Positions 32,639-43,759 are shown, counted from the first letter of the stretch. The stretch is 64,000 nucleotides of DNA from Candidatus Poribacteria bacterium (GCA_965218095.1 OZ244587.1:1984001-2048000); one strand, 5' to 3'. Numbers and translations: made by a program. Notes: generated from the letters alone by a model not told the origin.

Positions 32639-33469
32639 ATGCAGTACGTAATACGCAACACGGATTACGCCCCGATGGATCGGGATCTCGCTTCGCTAGG
32701 GACATTACGTTTCGTCTATCTGGCGTTGTTTCTTCTGATGTTCATCGATCCGATTTCCGTGCTGGCTGAAGACAGTCTATCATCGCTTGATGTCAAAGCC
32801 ATTGTCAAAAGAATTGATGAACTCTATCGTAGCGAAACCAGTCAGGCGCACATGGAGATGCAAATTGTCACGCCCCACTGGGAAAGAACCTTGGCTCTGG
32901 AAGTCTGGACAAAGGGGATGGACAGGACCTTCATCTTGATTACATCGCCCAAAAAAGAGAAGGGCGTTACGACCTTGCGGATTGGGAATGAAATGTGGAA
33001 TTATCTCCCCAAGACAAACAAGGTGATGAAAGTGCCACCATCAATGATGATGGGGTCTTGGATGGGTTCTGATTTTACGAATGACGACCTCGTCAAGGAA
33101 TCATCAATGCTTGACGATTACACCTACCAACTCATCACACCGGCAGATGCCCAACCTGACCATCTCTACATTCAACTGCTGCCAAAGGAAGACTCACCGA
33201 TTGTCTGGGGCAAACTGATTGTCGCTGTCCGAGCGAGCAATCTGATTCCGGTTTGGCAGCATTTCTACGACGAAAAAGGGCGCCTGATGCGGGTCATGAA
33301 TTTCAAAGATGTCCAACCGTTTGACGGAAAGACTGTACCATCGGTCATAGAGATGATACCGCAAAACAAAGAAGGACACAAAACCGTCGTACGGTTTGTG
33401 GACGCTGAGTTTGACAAGCGGATTGACGAAAAAATCTTCACGCGCCGAAACCTTCGGAAGAGGAGATAA
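32639..33469 (+). CDS. LolA-like outer-membrane lipoprotein-sorting protein
   Basis: PKKEKG...L, MWNYLP, SWMGSDFTNDDL, IFTRRNL. Confidence 0.9.
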   Translation: MQYVIRNTDYAPMDRDLASLGTLRFVYLALFLLMFIDPISVLAEDSLSSLDVKAIVKRIDELYRSETSQAHMEMQIVTPHWERTLALEVWTKGMDRTFILITSPKKEKGVTTLRIGNEMWNYLPKTNKVMKVPPSMMMGSWMGSDFTNDDLVKESSMLDDYTYQLITPADAQPDHLYIQLLPKEDSPIVWGKLIVAVRASNLIPVWQHFYDEKGRLMRVMNFKDVQPFDGKTVPSVIEMIPQNKEGHKTVVRFVDAEFDKRIDEKIFTRRNLRKRR

Positions 33470-33659
33470 GTCGGGGGCGAGGACGCGTGGATGTGAGTGA
33501 ACTTGTGAAGGTTCAATGTTTCAGTAGTTCATAGCATTATGTTTTATACTCAGCATGGGCATAGATTTGTACTCCTGAACCCCTCACGTCAGCAGATTCA
33601 GGGAAAGCTTATCACTCAGAACAACATATTGGAGCAGATGACCTTTTTCGGTATACGCT

Positions 33660-34877
33660 ATGATGACACTCAAAATTGCATTCCGCAACATTTTCCGTCA
33701 AAAACGACGCACAATACTAACCGCACTCGCAATGATTGTCGGATTTACGCTCTCGTCGGTGTTCATCGGCTGGTCCGACGGCGCGTATTCCGACATTATC
33801 GCGATGTTTACGCAGAACCGCATCGGGCATATTCAGGTGCATCGCCACGGCTATCTCGATAAGCCGTCGCTCTACAAGACGATAAGTAATTACGAATCTG
33901 TAGGGCAGACCATCAGGAGCGTAAAAGGGGTGGAGGCGTGGACGCCGCGGGTGTACTCGGCGGGACTTGGTTCGGTTGGCGAAAAGAGCACCGGCGTACA
34001 AATCATCGGTATCGATGTGGCACGTGAAGTCCAAGCGACCCGATTTGATAAAAAAATCATTGATGGAAGGGAGATCTCAGCGCAGCCAGCGCGTGAAGCA
34101 GTTTTAGGTCAGGGGCTTGCGAGAAACCTTTCTGCGACGGTCGGTGACGAAATCGTGATTGTTTCGCAGGGTGCCGACGGCTCAATCGCTAACGAGTTGT
34201 ATAAGATTGTTGGTATTGCAGAAAGCGGCGACGACACCACAGATCGGATGGCGTGTTACCTCCACATCGGAGACGCGCAGGAGTTGCTTGTTCTTGAAGG
34301 ACGCTCCCACGAAATTGTTGTGATTATATCAAACATCAACCGTGTCCACAAAATTACGAAGACAATCGAAGCCGGCCTCAATGATTCAACGCTCGATGTT
34401 GCCCCTTGGCAAGAAGTCGCTAAGGCCTTCTATCGGGCGATGCAGGCGGACAAGCAGGGTGATGCTATCGGACGGGTTATCATCATGCTCATCGTCGCTA
34501 TCGGCGTATTGAATACAGTCCTGATGTCGGTGCTGGAGAGAACGAGCGAATACGGCGTGTTGAAAGCAGTCGGAACGAAACCGGGACAAATCTTTTGGTT
34601 GGTGATTTGCGAAGTGCTCATCATCGCCCTTGGTAGCATCGTTGTCGGTGCTGGACTCGGTACTGCGATTAATCATCTGCTATCAATATATGGCATCACA
34701 TTCCCACAGGAGTTTACTTACGGCGGCATCAAATTTCAGACGATGTACGCCGAAGTCAACGCACGGAGTCTCATTATTCCTGCGATTACCGTCATTCTAT
34801 CGGCAGGTATAGTCAGTATATTTCCCGCGCTGAAGGCGGCGCGAATTATGCCGGCCAAGGCGATGCGAACCCATTGA
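33660..34877 (+). CDS. ABC permease, LolE/FtsX type
   Basis: IAFRNIFRQKRRT, GVLNTVLMSVLERT.EYG. Confidence 0.93.
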   Translation: MMTLKIAFRNIFRQKRRTILTALAMIVGFTLSSVFIGWSDGAYSDIIAMFTQNRIGHIQVHRHGYLDKPSLYKTISNYESVGQTIRSVKGVEAWTPRVYSAGLGSVGEKSTGVQIIGIDVAREVQATRFDKKIIDGREISAQPAREAVLGQGLARNLSATVGDEIVIVSQGADGSIANELYKIVGIAESGDDTTDRMACYLHIGDAQELLVLEGRSHEIVVIISNINRVHKITKTIEAGLNDSTLDVAPWQEVAKAFYRAMQADKQGDAIGRVIIMLIVAIGVLNTVLMSVLERTSEYGVLKAVGTKPGQIFWLVICEVLIIALGSIVVGAGLGTAINHLLSIYGITFPQEFTYGGIKFQTMYAEVNARSLIIPAITVILSAGIVSIFPALKAARIMPAKAMRTH

Positions 34878-34940
34878 GGTCAGCAGTCAAGGGACAAAAT
34901 AAATTACCTTATCACGCATCACGGTTCACGGTTCAAAATC

Positions 34941-36170
34941 ATGTGGCTAATCCTCATCAAACTGGCTTGGAGAAATCTCTTTCGGAATAAACGACGCACC
35001 ATCATTGCTTCGATAGCGATTGGTATCGGTCTGGCTGCGTTAATCTTCGCCGATGCGCTGTGGGTTGGGATGGAGCGGAACATGGTCAAAACTGCCACCG
35101 CTTCGTTTCTCGGCGATGGGCAGATTCATCGGAAAGACTTCCGCGACACGCAGGCGGTCGAAATGACGATCAATCAACTCGACGAAGTAATCGAGAGCCT
35201 CTCACAAGAAGCGATTGTCCAACAGTTTACCCCCCGAACATTCGCTTTCGGGATGATTACCTCGTCGGCAAATGTCAGCGCAATTAGCCTAGTGGGGGTC
35301 CAACCATCGACAGAACGATTCTTATCCCAGATCGATGATGCAATCATAGAGGGGGCATACTTTGAAGGGGATAACAATCGCGATATTGTGATTGGTGCGA
35401 AACTAGCGGAACTGCTTGAGGTTACATTTGGCAATCGGGTCGTCGTTACCGTTGCTCAATCAGAGAGCGGCGATCTATCCCAAGAGATGTTTCGGATTTC
35501 AGGAATCTATCATCTCGGCGATGATGCAATGAGTGGGGGCATGGCGTTTGTGCGGCTGCGAAAAGCACAAGAGATGCTTGCCATCGGTGCCGGCGTCCAT
35601 GAAATTGCTCTCAAATTTACTGACACAAAATATGGACAGGATAAAGATCTTCCATTTTGGGAGCGGTATTCTCAACACGACAACGAAGCGTTAGGCTGGA
35701 CGGAAATCCTACCCCAATTGCAAGCCGCATTTGAGATGTCCAAGTATAGCAAATACATCATGGGGGTTATCCTCTTTGGTGCTGTTGTGTTCGGAATTAT
35801 CAATACGCTCTTTATGTCGCTGTATGAGCGGATGTTCGAGTTTGGCGTATTACGCGCCGTTGGCACCCGCCCTTTCGGGATGGCGCGACTGATTTTATTT
35901 GAAGCTGGGGCGTTGGCGATTGTGAGTATCGTGCTCGGTGCCATCCTCGGTTTCGTCTTGACGTCGATATTCACAAAAGTCGGCATTGATTATACCGGTA
36001 TTGAAATGATAGGCGTGACGATACAGGAACTCATCTACCCTATCATGACCATCAAACCGTTCATTTTGTATCCGATCTGGGTGTTTGTCTTCACCATTAT
36101 CACTGGACTGTATCCGGCTCAATACGCGGCGAAGATATCCCCGGCAACCGCGATGCGTAGGAGTTTTTAG
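34941..36170 (+). CDS. ABC permease, LolE/FtsX type
   Basis: LAWRNLFRNKRRT, GIINTLFMSLYER..EFG. Confidence 0.93.
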   Translation: MWLILIKLAWRNLFRNKRRTIIASIAIGIGLAALIFADALWVGMERNMVKTATASFLGDGQIHRKDFRDTQAVEMTINQLDEVIESLSQEAIVQQFTPRTFAFGMITSSANVSAISLVGVQPSTERFLSQIDDAIIEGAYFEGDNNRDIVIGAKLAELLEVTFGNRVVVTVAQSESGDLSQEMFRISGIYHLGDDAMSGGMAFVRLRKAQEMLAIGAGVHEIALKFTDTKYGQDKDLPFWERYSQHDNEALGWTEILPQLQAAFEMSKYSKYIMGVILFGAVVFGIINTLFMSLYERMFEFGVLRAVGTRPFGMARLILFEAGALAIVSIVLGAILGFVLTSIFTKVGIDYTGIEMIGVTIQELIYPIMTIKPFILYPIWVFVFTIITGLYPAQYAAKISPATAMRRSF

Positions 36171-36231
36171 TGAGCAAAAGTGACGGAAGGAAAGAACGGA
36201 AGAATCTGTTTCACGCATTACGTTTTACGTT

Positions 36232-36945
36232 TTGCACAAGGAACTAACATTGACGAAGACTGATGTGATTGTCACAGAGCAGATTACGAAGGTGTATGCG
36301 GAAAATGGCGTACCCGTCGAAGCCCTTCGGGGAGTTGATTTAACGATTCGATCCGGAGAGTTTACTGCGTTGGTGGGACCATCTGGATCGGGGAAAACCA
36401 CGCTTCTCAACATCATTTCCGGGTTAGATGCACCGACGGAGGGGAAGGTCTGGTTGTCGGGCAAGCTACTGTCGGGCATGAGCGGCAATGAACTGTCCGA
36501 TTTTCGCCGAGACAACATTGGCTTCATCTTTCAGGCATACAATCTCATTCCCGTGCTGACGGTGGAAGAGAACGTGGAATATATTATGCTCTTGCAACGT
36601 GTGTCTAAAGCAGAACGGCATAAACGCGTCGCCGCAATGCTTGAAGAGGTTGGGCTAGCGGGATTTGCAGACCGAAACCCACCGCAGCTCTCAGGGGGAC
36701 AACAACAGCGTGTCGCCATTGCACGGGCGATGGTCTCTGAACCTACAATTATCCTCGCGGATGAGCCGACTGCGAACCTCGACTCTAGAACAGGTGCAGA
36801 CCTACTTGATATGATGAGTCACCTCAACGCGCAGACAAACATGACGTTCGTATTTTCAACCCATGACCCAATGGTGATGAAAAGAGCGAAACGTTTGATA
36901 ACGCTAAAGGACGGACAAGTTGAGAGTGACGAGATTAAAGGGTAG
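36232..36945 (+). CDS. ABC ATPase, LolD-like
   Basis: [25 protein letters not shown]. Confidence 0.96.
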   Translation: MHKELTLTKTDVIVTEQITKVYAENGVPVEALRGVDLTIRSGEFTALVGPSGSGKTTLLNIISGLDAPTEGKVWLSGKLLSGMSGNELSDFRRDNIGFIFQAYNLIPVLTVEENVEYIMLLQRVSKAERHKRVAAMLEEVGLAGFADRNPPQLSGGQQQRVAIARAMVSEPTIILADEPTANLDSRTGADLLDMMSHLNAQTNMTFVFSTHDPMVMKRAKRLITLKDGQVESDEIKG

Positions 36946-38176
36946 AGTGGGCATCATCAGCCAAATGTATCTGTGGTGGGCGATGATCATGCTCCCAACC
37001 ATCGCCTTGGCCAACGATGAACTTCAAATCAGCGGGTACTACAAAAACTTTTCCACAGGTTTGGATTCCCCCTTGCCGGACGAACCAATTATCGGTGCGG
37101 TAAGCAACCGACTGCGACTGAATTGCACTTACGCGCCCACCAATGGGCTTTCGTTTGATCTCTCCTACAATTTCGCGCCCCGTATTCAAGACCCCTCGCT
37201 GTTTTCTGAGTCACCAATCGCAGTTGCCGCGGCTCCACTCCGCTATCGCGTTGCAGATTTTGATGCTGTTATCTATCCAGACCAGAATGATCCGGTTGGT
37301 AGTTTCGGACTCTTTCAGGATCTCGATCGCGCTTCAATCGCGTACAGCGCCGATTTTGGGGACATCACAATTGGTCGCCAAGCCATTGCATGGGGGAGTG
37401 CGCGGGTCGTAAACCCAACGGACGTTATTGCCCCCTACACCTACAACGAACTGGACACAGAGACCCGAATCGGTGTGGATGCGATTCGGGTTCAGATTCC
37501 GATTGGTGTGTTGGGAGAATTTGATACCGGCTATGTTTTCGGCGAGGATTTGGCATTTGAAAAGAGTGCCTTCTTCCTCCGGAGCCAACTGAATGCGGTA
37601 GAGACTGACTTCTCAATTTTACTGTTGGGATTTCGTGAACATCTGATGACAGGTTTTGATATGGCGCGGGCAATCGGCGGCGCCGGATTCTGGCTTGAAG
37701 CGGCTTACATTTACTCCAACGCATTCGATGGTGAAAACGGGAATGCGGAAAACTATCTCCGTGCGTCAATAGGCTTAGACTACAGTTTCGGCGGCAGGGC
37801 TTATGGGTTCATCGAATATCATTTCAGCGGCGCAGGTGCACAGGGACCTGAAGATTATCTTGCCAATCTGACCCAACCGGCGTACGCCGACGGGGCGGTC
37901 TACCTCATGGGCAGACACTACTTTGTTCCCGGATTCATCTGCCAAATCACGCCGCTCATCACGTTAAGTAGCGTGATGCTATCGAACATCTCCGATCCCT
38001 CGGTGTTCCCCTCTCTGCAGATTGAATACAACTTTGCACAAGACATCTATCTCTCCGCCGGTGGATTCATCGGGATCGGCAAACCTCCTGAAACCGAAGA
38101 CGAAGAAACACAATTCAGATCGGAGTTTGGTGGATATCCAAACCTCTTTTTTTCATCGTTCCGGATCTATTTCTGA
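36920..38176 (+). CDS. putative outer-membrane beta-barrel (true start probably 36947 or 36965)
   Basis: Signal peptide, LDRA, GRQAIAWG, C-terminal RIYF. Confidence 0.8.
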   Translation: MRVTRLKGRVGIISQMYLWWAMIMLPTIALANDELQISGYYKNFSTGLDSPLPDEPIIGAVSNRLRLNCTYAPTNGLSFDLSYNFAPRIQDPSLFSESPIAVAAAPLRYRVADFDAVIYPDQNDPVGSFGLFQDLDRASIAYSADFGDITIGRQAIAWGSARVVNPTDVIAPYTYNELDTETRIGVDAIRVQIPIGVLGEFDTGYVFGEDLAFEKSAFFLRSQLNAVETDFSILLLGFREHLMTGFDMARAIGGAGFWLEAAYIYSNAFDGENGNAENYLRASIGLDYSFGGRAYGFIEYHFSGAGAQGPEDYLANLTQPAYADGAVYLMGRHYFVPGFICQITPLITLSSVMLSNISDPSVFPSLQIEYNFAQDIYLSAGGFIGIGKPPETEDEETQFRSEFGGYPNLFFSSFRIYF

Positions 38177-38879
38177 ACGATGGGACGATTCTGGTTTAGG
38201 AACATAGGTACTTCTTGGACATTTTTGTGAATTTCCCCGTGAGAATTAGATGGGAATGGTATGAATGCGTGTTCGTACGAGTAGAGCCATTTAATTTTCG
38301 GAAGACCCTGTTCGTAGTGAGGCATAGCGAGAGTGTCATTAAAACGCGACTCCAATTCTCAACTCGCTTTGTAAATTTCTAGCGTTTCCATTTTTTGTTC
38401 ACCTTTTTTTACTTTTGTGCTATAATTTTGCCTCGATTGGCCTTTTAGCTTTGGGAGCGCTTGGCAGTCGAAACACGTTTCACGAGCCAGGGGCAAACCA
38501 TAAGAAGTTGCCTGGATTTACCTTCGATGGTGCCGACCCGATTACGAAGTCCAACCTGTCCCATGCTGTCTCCTGGGATGGTAGTGGTCACTCCTTCCAG
38601 TTTCGATAGCCTAGCGGCACCTTTCTCCAGGCATCTTGATGAAAGGAGTGTGGTTTTGTGGCGGGGATACAAGAACCATCATCGGATAGGTATTCAGTCC
38701 TCAACAAACCCAAATGGCTTGCGTTTTATGGACTTGATCCTTTTCTTATAACGACAATCAAAAGCAACCGAGATACAACAGTATTCCCAAGCAGGTTTCC
38801 CCTAAGGATTTTACGCAGTGAGTATTACGCACGCGATTACATCTGCGCCGCCGGAGCCTGATGTGTGATAATAGGAGAA

Positions 38880-39200
38880 CGCAGAGAGTACATCTTGGGC
38901 TATTTTGTATGGTCTGGTATATGTATGGAATCAGGAGGGTAGATCGCTAAAGGCCGATTCCGCAGCCATTCGGTGTTTGGACACATCATCGGAATCAATA
39001 ATCGCCTCGGGAGATGCCAATGGAAATCTAGGTATTTGGTCTCGAAGAGGTGACAAACTGCTTAAGATGCTTCAAATATCAACAGAGAATATTTCGGCGC
39101 TTTGTGTCTCACGGTGGGCTAAAGCCGCCCTCATCGCGACAGCCGTTCAAGACAACAGCATTGTCATCTAGTCATATGACGGTGCTCGAGAACGAACCAT
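38880..39200 (+). pseudogene. WD40-repeat fragment
   Basis: IASGDANGNLGIW, IATAVQDNSIVI*. Confidence 0.55.
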
Positions 39201-39329
39201 AACTACATCGGATGAACCCGCTACGCATCTCGCTTTCTTTCCAAGGGGCCTGCCTTATACCAGTTCCAGATCTAAAGGCTACTAACCCTTTTCCGAGGAT
39301 CAGTGATAGAGTATACTGTCTTCGTATTA

Positions 39330-40185
39330 GGTTCTGTTGACATTTCAAGGGAGCCATATAAGAGTGGAGACAAAGCTGAGAAATCCAAAATAACGGACAG
39401 CTAGCTTCTCAAACCGAGAGAAGATACGACGATACCATTTTATCTTGTTGATGAAACATTCAATCCGATGTCTCTCTTTGTAGATGCCTCTCTTTGTATA
39501 AGTGTTTGTCATACGTTCTTTGGTCAACACGATGACTTTTGGGCGGTATCACCGCAATCGCTCCATTCGCCTCAATAACCGCGATAAAAGCGTCTGAATC
39601 GTACCCCTTGTCTCCAATCACATATTCACTGTTATATCCGATTATCAACCCTTCCGCCTCAGTTATGTCATGTCTCTGACCGGGGGTCAGATGAATTCTT
39701 AGGGGATTGCCTAGTCCGTCAACTGTGATGTGAATTTTTGTGCTGAAACCGCCCCGAGACCGACCTAATGCTTGGTTTTCAGTGCCACCCTTTTTTTTAA
39801 GGCGCCAGCTTTTTAAGGCGCCCGCCGCAGACGGGTGAGCGCGGCAGATGGTACTGTCCACAATAAGCGACTTGATATCGGGGTCAGAGGCGAAGTGGGG
39901 GTGCATCTGTGTGAAGATACCTTTGTCGCACCATCGAGCAAACCGCTTGTAGCGGGTGTTCCATTTGCCATAGGTGTCTGGTAGAAGTCTCCATTGAGCC
40001 CCACTACGAGTCACCCACAGGACGGCTTCGACGAAGCGGCGTGTAGCAGCTTAGCAGCTTCGTCGCCAAGATGGTGGGACAGCTTAGAAGAAACCGGTAT
40101 ATCTTATTCCATTGTTCATCAGGTAAGGTTATTGGCGTCATTCTTCTATTATGCCACAACCTTATACTCAAATGTCAACAGAACC
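39330..40185 (-). mobile_element. IS5 family (IS427-like) copy B1, degenerate
   Basis: TIR GGTTCTGTTGACATTT, TA duplication; motifs VDST..RAH, GRSRGG..TKIH, GDKGYD, YKERH. Confidence 0.93.
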
Positions 40186-40315
40186 TAGGAGCCGGTTGAT
40201 CCAGATTTGGTATAAAGATGTTGATGAATATTTGGTATCGCGGCAAACAACCCATGACTGCTGAAGAGTGGAAACACATTCTGCAAACTATCCGAATTGT
40301 GGTTAGATAATAAAG

Positions 40316-40720
40316 ATGAGCATGAAATTTATAGATCTTTCCGCGGGGCTCGGCGGTTTCCATCAGGCACTTAAGCGGCTCGGTCATCAATGTGTTTTTG
40401 CATGCGAAATTGATGACCAACTCAACACGCTATACGAGAAGAATTTTGGACTCAAACCTGCTGATGAAGTCATGCGTGCCCTTCCTTCATATTCGAGAAG
40501 GCAACAGAAACAATTCCCAACATGGAAAATCCGATTCATTCGGGAGAACCGCGAGTTCTATGACACTCACAAGAATTGGATTGATAAATGGCCACCATAG
40601 ATTTTAGAAGTGCCTCAGAGTTACCAGAAATCAACCGATACCAAATTAACCAGATTGGTATTGGTTTTCCGCCTCGCATTTCCAGTCTTCCGCTCCAGCG
40701 GAGCGGTACGTGACTCATGA
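40316..40720 (+). pseudogene. C5 DNA cytosine methyltransferase relic
   Basis: Motif I FIDLSAGLGG (normally FxGxGG) and CVFACEID are joined directly to the variable region; catalytic PC motif missing; TAG at 40598. Confidence 0.8.
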
Positions 40721-40751
40721 AATTAATTTGGTATAAAAGGATTTCATAGCG

Positions 40752-41258
40752 ATGTTAAGATACCAGCTATTTCCGAGGTCGGTGGGAATAACAAAACAAA
40801 TTCAGCAAGTCATCGAATGCTTTGATCTAACCTACGACGAAATAAAATCTCCAGAAAACCAACTAAAAAGTAACGAAGTTTTAGACATCTTGAGACCTCA
40901 TCTTGAAAATATAGAATTCACAGTTGAAACCGGAAAAGCAAGGGGGAAGAAAATTCCTGTGCCCGTTCTCTTTGGTTTGAATAATAGCGTTGACAAATCT
41001 TTCAACGCAGATGGCATAAGCAATGATGGCAGAATTGTTCTGGAAGTTGAAGCAGGCAGAGCAACTATAAATTTTGCGTTTCTTAAAGATATCTTTCAGG
41101 CCTGTATGATGCATGGCGTTGAATTTTTAATTCTGGCTGTTAGGAACAATTACAGGGGGATGGACGATTTTCAACAAGTTTACACATTTTTGGAAACCTT
41201 ATACATCAGCAGTCGATTAGTTTTGCCTCTGAAAGGTATTACTCTTATTGGATATTGA
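40752..41258 (+). CDS. putative restriction endonuclease-like PD-(D/E)XK protein
   Basis: F.AD...IVLEVEAG motif, AT-rich, directly after the MTase relic. Confidence 0.6.
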   Translation: MLRYQLFPRSVGITKQIQQVIECFDLTYDEIKSPENQLKSNEVLDILRPHLENIEFTVETGKARGKKIPVPVLFGLNNSVDKSFNADGISNDGRIVLEVEAGRATINFAFLKDIFQACMMHGVEFLILAVRNNYRGMDDFQQVYTFLETLYISSRLVLPLKGITLIGY

Positions 41259-41302
41259 TAGTCAAACGATGTCATTTACAACCGTCATTTCCCTTGCCAT
41301 AG

Positions 41303-41750
41303 ATTATGGATACAAGCCGGAAGTGGCAACACTTCAAGAGTTCAGAACTTGACGAGGGGGATCATACCAAGATTGCTGATGCCTTGGCCGAATGGCGAGA
41401 CCCAACCGTTGATAATCGGCATACGGTTTACAATCTCGAAGTTCACAACGATCACACGTATGATGTCTCTAATCTGGGGATTTGAGTGCATAACAGTTGT
41501 GTAACACCAAAGGGTCGGACTTTGACAACCCATGCTCAAGAAAGTTTGCAACGGCATGGTTTTAACAATGTCGCTGATGTTGATAATGTCATCGATCACG
41601 CCACAAGAACTACGACTCAGACTGACGGTGCAACCGTCTATATCAAAAGAGTAGGCGGTAGGCGCCGAAGGTATGACATCGTTATTGTAGACGACACGGG
41701 GGTTTGACTAGTCTGCGAAACCAAACAACCACCAACTTGAGAACCTTCTG
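41303..41750 (+). pseudogene. polymorphic-toxin relic: pretoxin HINT C-terminus plus toxin tip
   Basis: W....SELDEGD...TVYNLEVHNDHTYDVSNLGI*VHN|SC, then LTTHAQESLQRHG...GATVYI. Confidence 0.75.
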
Positions 41751-41824
41751 ACGAGGTTATTCACACCGAAATCTAACAAGCCATATGACAGCAACCGGAA
41801 ACACCCTGGAGGGACTCCACGAAT

Positions 41825-42766
41825 ATGAACGCTGAAGACGTACGACGAATCGGTGTTATCGGCGCGGGCCTCATGGGCCACGGCATCGCTCTGCAATTTG
41901 CGATCGGCGGCTACGATGTTGTGGTGGTCGACACCACCAACGACAACCTCCGGCGGGCCATGGACAACGTCCGGAAATCTCTCGATGTGCTGGCGGAGTT
42001 GGGGCTTGTCGGCCAGCAAACGGCAGCGGCAGCGCCCGACCGCATCCACACCAGTATCTCCCTCGCCAACTCGGTTGCCGACGTGGACTTTCTGGTGGAG
42101 GCCGTGTTCGAGGACCTGTCGCTCAAGCAGAGCGTCTTCGCTGACCTCGACCGCTTCGCCCCAGAGCACGCCATCTTCACCAGCAACACGTCGTCCTTCA
42201 TGACCAGCCAACTCGCGCCATCAATGAATCGACCGGACAAAATCGTCGTTGCGAACTGGTGGAATCCACCCTACTTGCTGCCCCTCATTGAGGTCGTCCG
42301 TGGGCCGGAAACCAGCGACATGACCATCGACATCACGACCGGAGTGTTTTCCAAGCTGGGCAAGCAGCCCGTAGTGCTCCAGAAGGAGTCGCTGGGGTTC
42401 ATCGGCAACCGGATGCAGTTCGCCCTCCTGCGCGAGGCACTGTCCATCGTGCAGAAGGGGATTGCGACAGCGGAGGACGTGGACATGGTGGTCAAGACCA
42501 GTTTCGGGAGACGGCTCGCGGTGGCGGGTCCCCTGGAGGTCTTCGACATCGCGGGTTGGGACACGATTTCGGCGATCATCGACCAGCTCTTCCCCGACCT
42601 TGAGACTGGAAGCGAGACGCCGGGGCTAGTGAGTGACATGGTCGAGCGAGGCGACCTCGGCATAAAGTCAGGACAGGGCTTCTACGAATGGGATGACAAC
42701 TCGGTGGCAGCACTCCGTCGGCGCATATCGCGCGCCCTGGCGAGCATCGATCAGTTTTCGGCCTAG
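41825..42766 (+). CDS. 3-hydroxyacyl-CoA dehydrogenase family
   Basis: GAGLMGHG, EAVFE, SNTSS, GFIGNR.Q, G.KSGQGFY. Confidence 0.93.
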   Translation: MNAEDVRRIGVIGAGLMGHGIALQFAIGGYDVVVVDTTNDNLRRAMDNVRKSLDVLAELGLVGQQTAAAAPDRIHTSISLANSVADVDFLVEAVFEDLSLKQSVFADLDRFAPEHAIFTSNTSSFMTSQLAPSMNRPDKIVVANWWNPPYLLPLIEVVRGPETSDMTIDITTGVFSKLGKQPVVLQKESLGFIGNRMQFALLREALSIVQKGIATAEDVDMVVKTSFGRRLAVAGPLEVFDIAGWDTISAIIDQLFPDLETGSETPGLVSDMVERGDLGIKSGQGFYEWDDNSVAALRRRISRALASIDQFSA

Positions 42767-42842
42767 TGCCGGGGCGAGTCCTTCACCCTCACCCAAACCC
42801 TCTTTCTCGACGGAGGGGAAACCAGAAAATAAGGAAGAAACA

Positions 42843-43274
42843 ATGGTACAGCGATTACACCACACAGGATTCGTTGTTCGGGACCGAGACAAGGCCGTCG
42901 CCTTCTACCGCGACATCGTCGGCCTCAACGTCATCAGCGAGTACGAGCGCATCGGCCCGAAAATTGACCAGGTCGTCGGGTACGAGGATGTCCACCTGAA
43001 GTTGGCCCTACTTGACCTGGGCGGCGGCCACATCCTGGAGCTCATCCAATACGTAAATCCGCCGCCAGACGAGCGCCCGACGGCGGAACGCAGTGTACTG
43101 GGGGCGGCGCACCTAGCGTTTGAGGTGAAAGACATCTCGGCGATGTTCGCAAAAATGTCAGAGGGCGGAGCGAAAATGATGAATCCGCCTGTCCAAATCG
43201 CCCCAGGCCGGATCGCCTGCTACTTCCAGGACCCGGACGGTAACTGGTTGGAGTTGATGGAGCTTGACGAATAA
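42843..43274 (+). CDS. VOC/glyoxalase family protein
   Basis: LHHTG, LELIQY, HLAFEV, DPDGNWLEL. Confidence 0.9.
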   Translation: MVQRLHHTGFVVRDRDKAVAFYRDIVGLNVISEYERIGPKIDQVVGYEDVHLKLALLDLGGGHILELIQYVNPPPDERPTAERSVLGAAHLAFEVKDISAMFAKMSEGGAKMMNPPVQIAPGRIACYFQDPDGNWLELMELDE

Positions 43275-43759
43275 GGAGCCGAGTGGCTCTACCTTCACCA
43301 TCCACACGAATGCTGCGCCAGCCATCCGTTGGCGGCAAAAAAACGCAAAAAGCGCGGTGGGAAACCTTCCTGCCAGGCTTTTTTGTACCCATTTTCCGTC
43401 AATCCTACAACTTTTTCAGTTATTAGAAGGGGAAATCAGGTATATCCCGCCTCCAACCATTCCTGTCAGATTGCCAATCCTGACCGAGTTAAGTGAAAAA
43501 CTCGTATCAATCCCCCTAATCGGGGCAGATGTTCCGCTCCCCACAAGAATATTTCCAGATTCAGGTCACCGTGGATGACAAATGAGGTGCTTGATCTCAA
43601 CAACGTTCGAGCGTATCCCGCGCGTGATTTCGATACGGGTTTCGATACACTTCGCTGCTCAACCCAAGTCGCTACTCAATTCAGTGCTCGTTCCGGTCAG
43701 TCATGAACGTTTACACGAAGGTTTTACTTTACATGCAACGAATGAAAAGAGAGAAACCC

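Noticed and set aside
41483-41485. In-frame TGA in the HINT relic as selenocysteine
   Set aside because: The position corresponds to a hydrophobic or Trp residue in GxWVHN, not Cys, and no matching SECIS geometry was seen.
43500-43580. HGDL..NILV kinase-like motif on the minus strand
   Set aside because: Needs a frameshift and has no surrounding ORF; too short to call.
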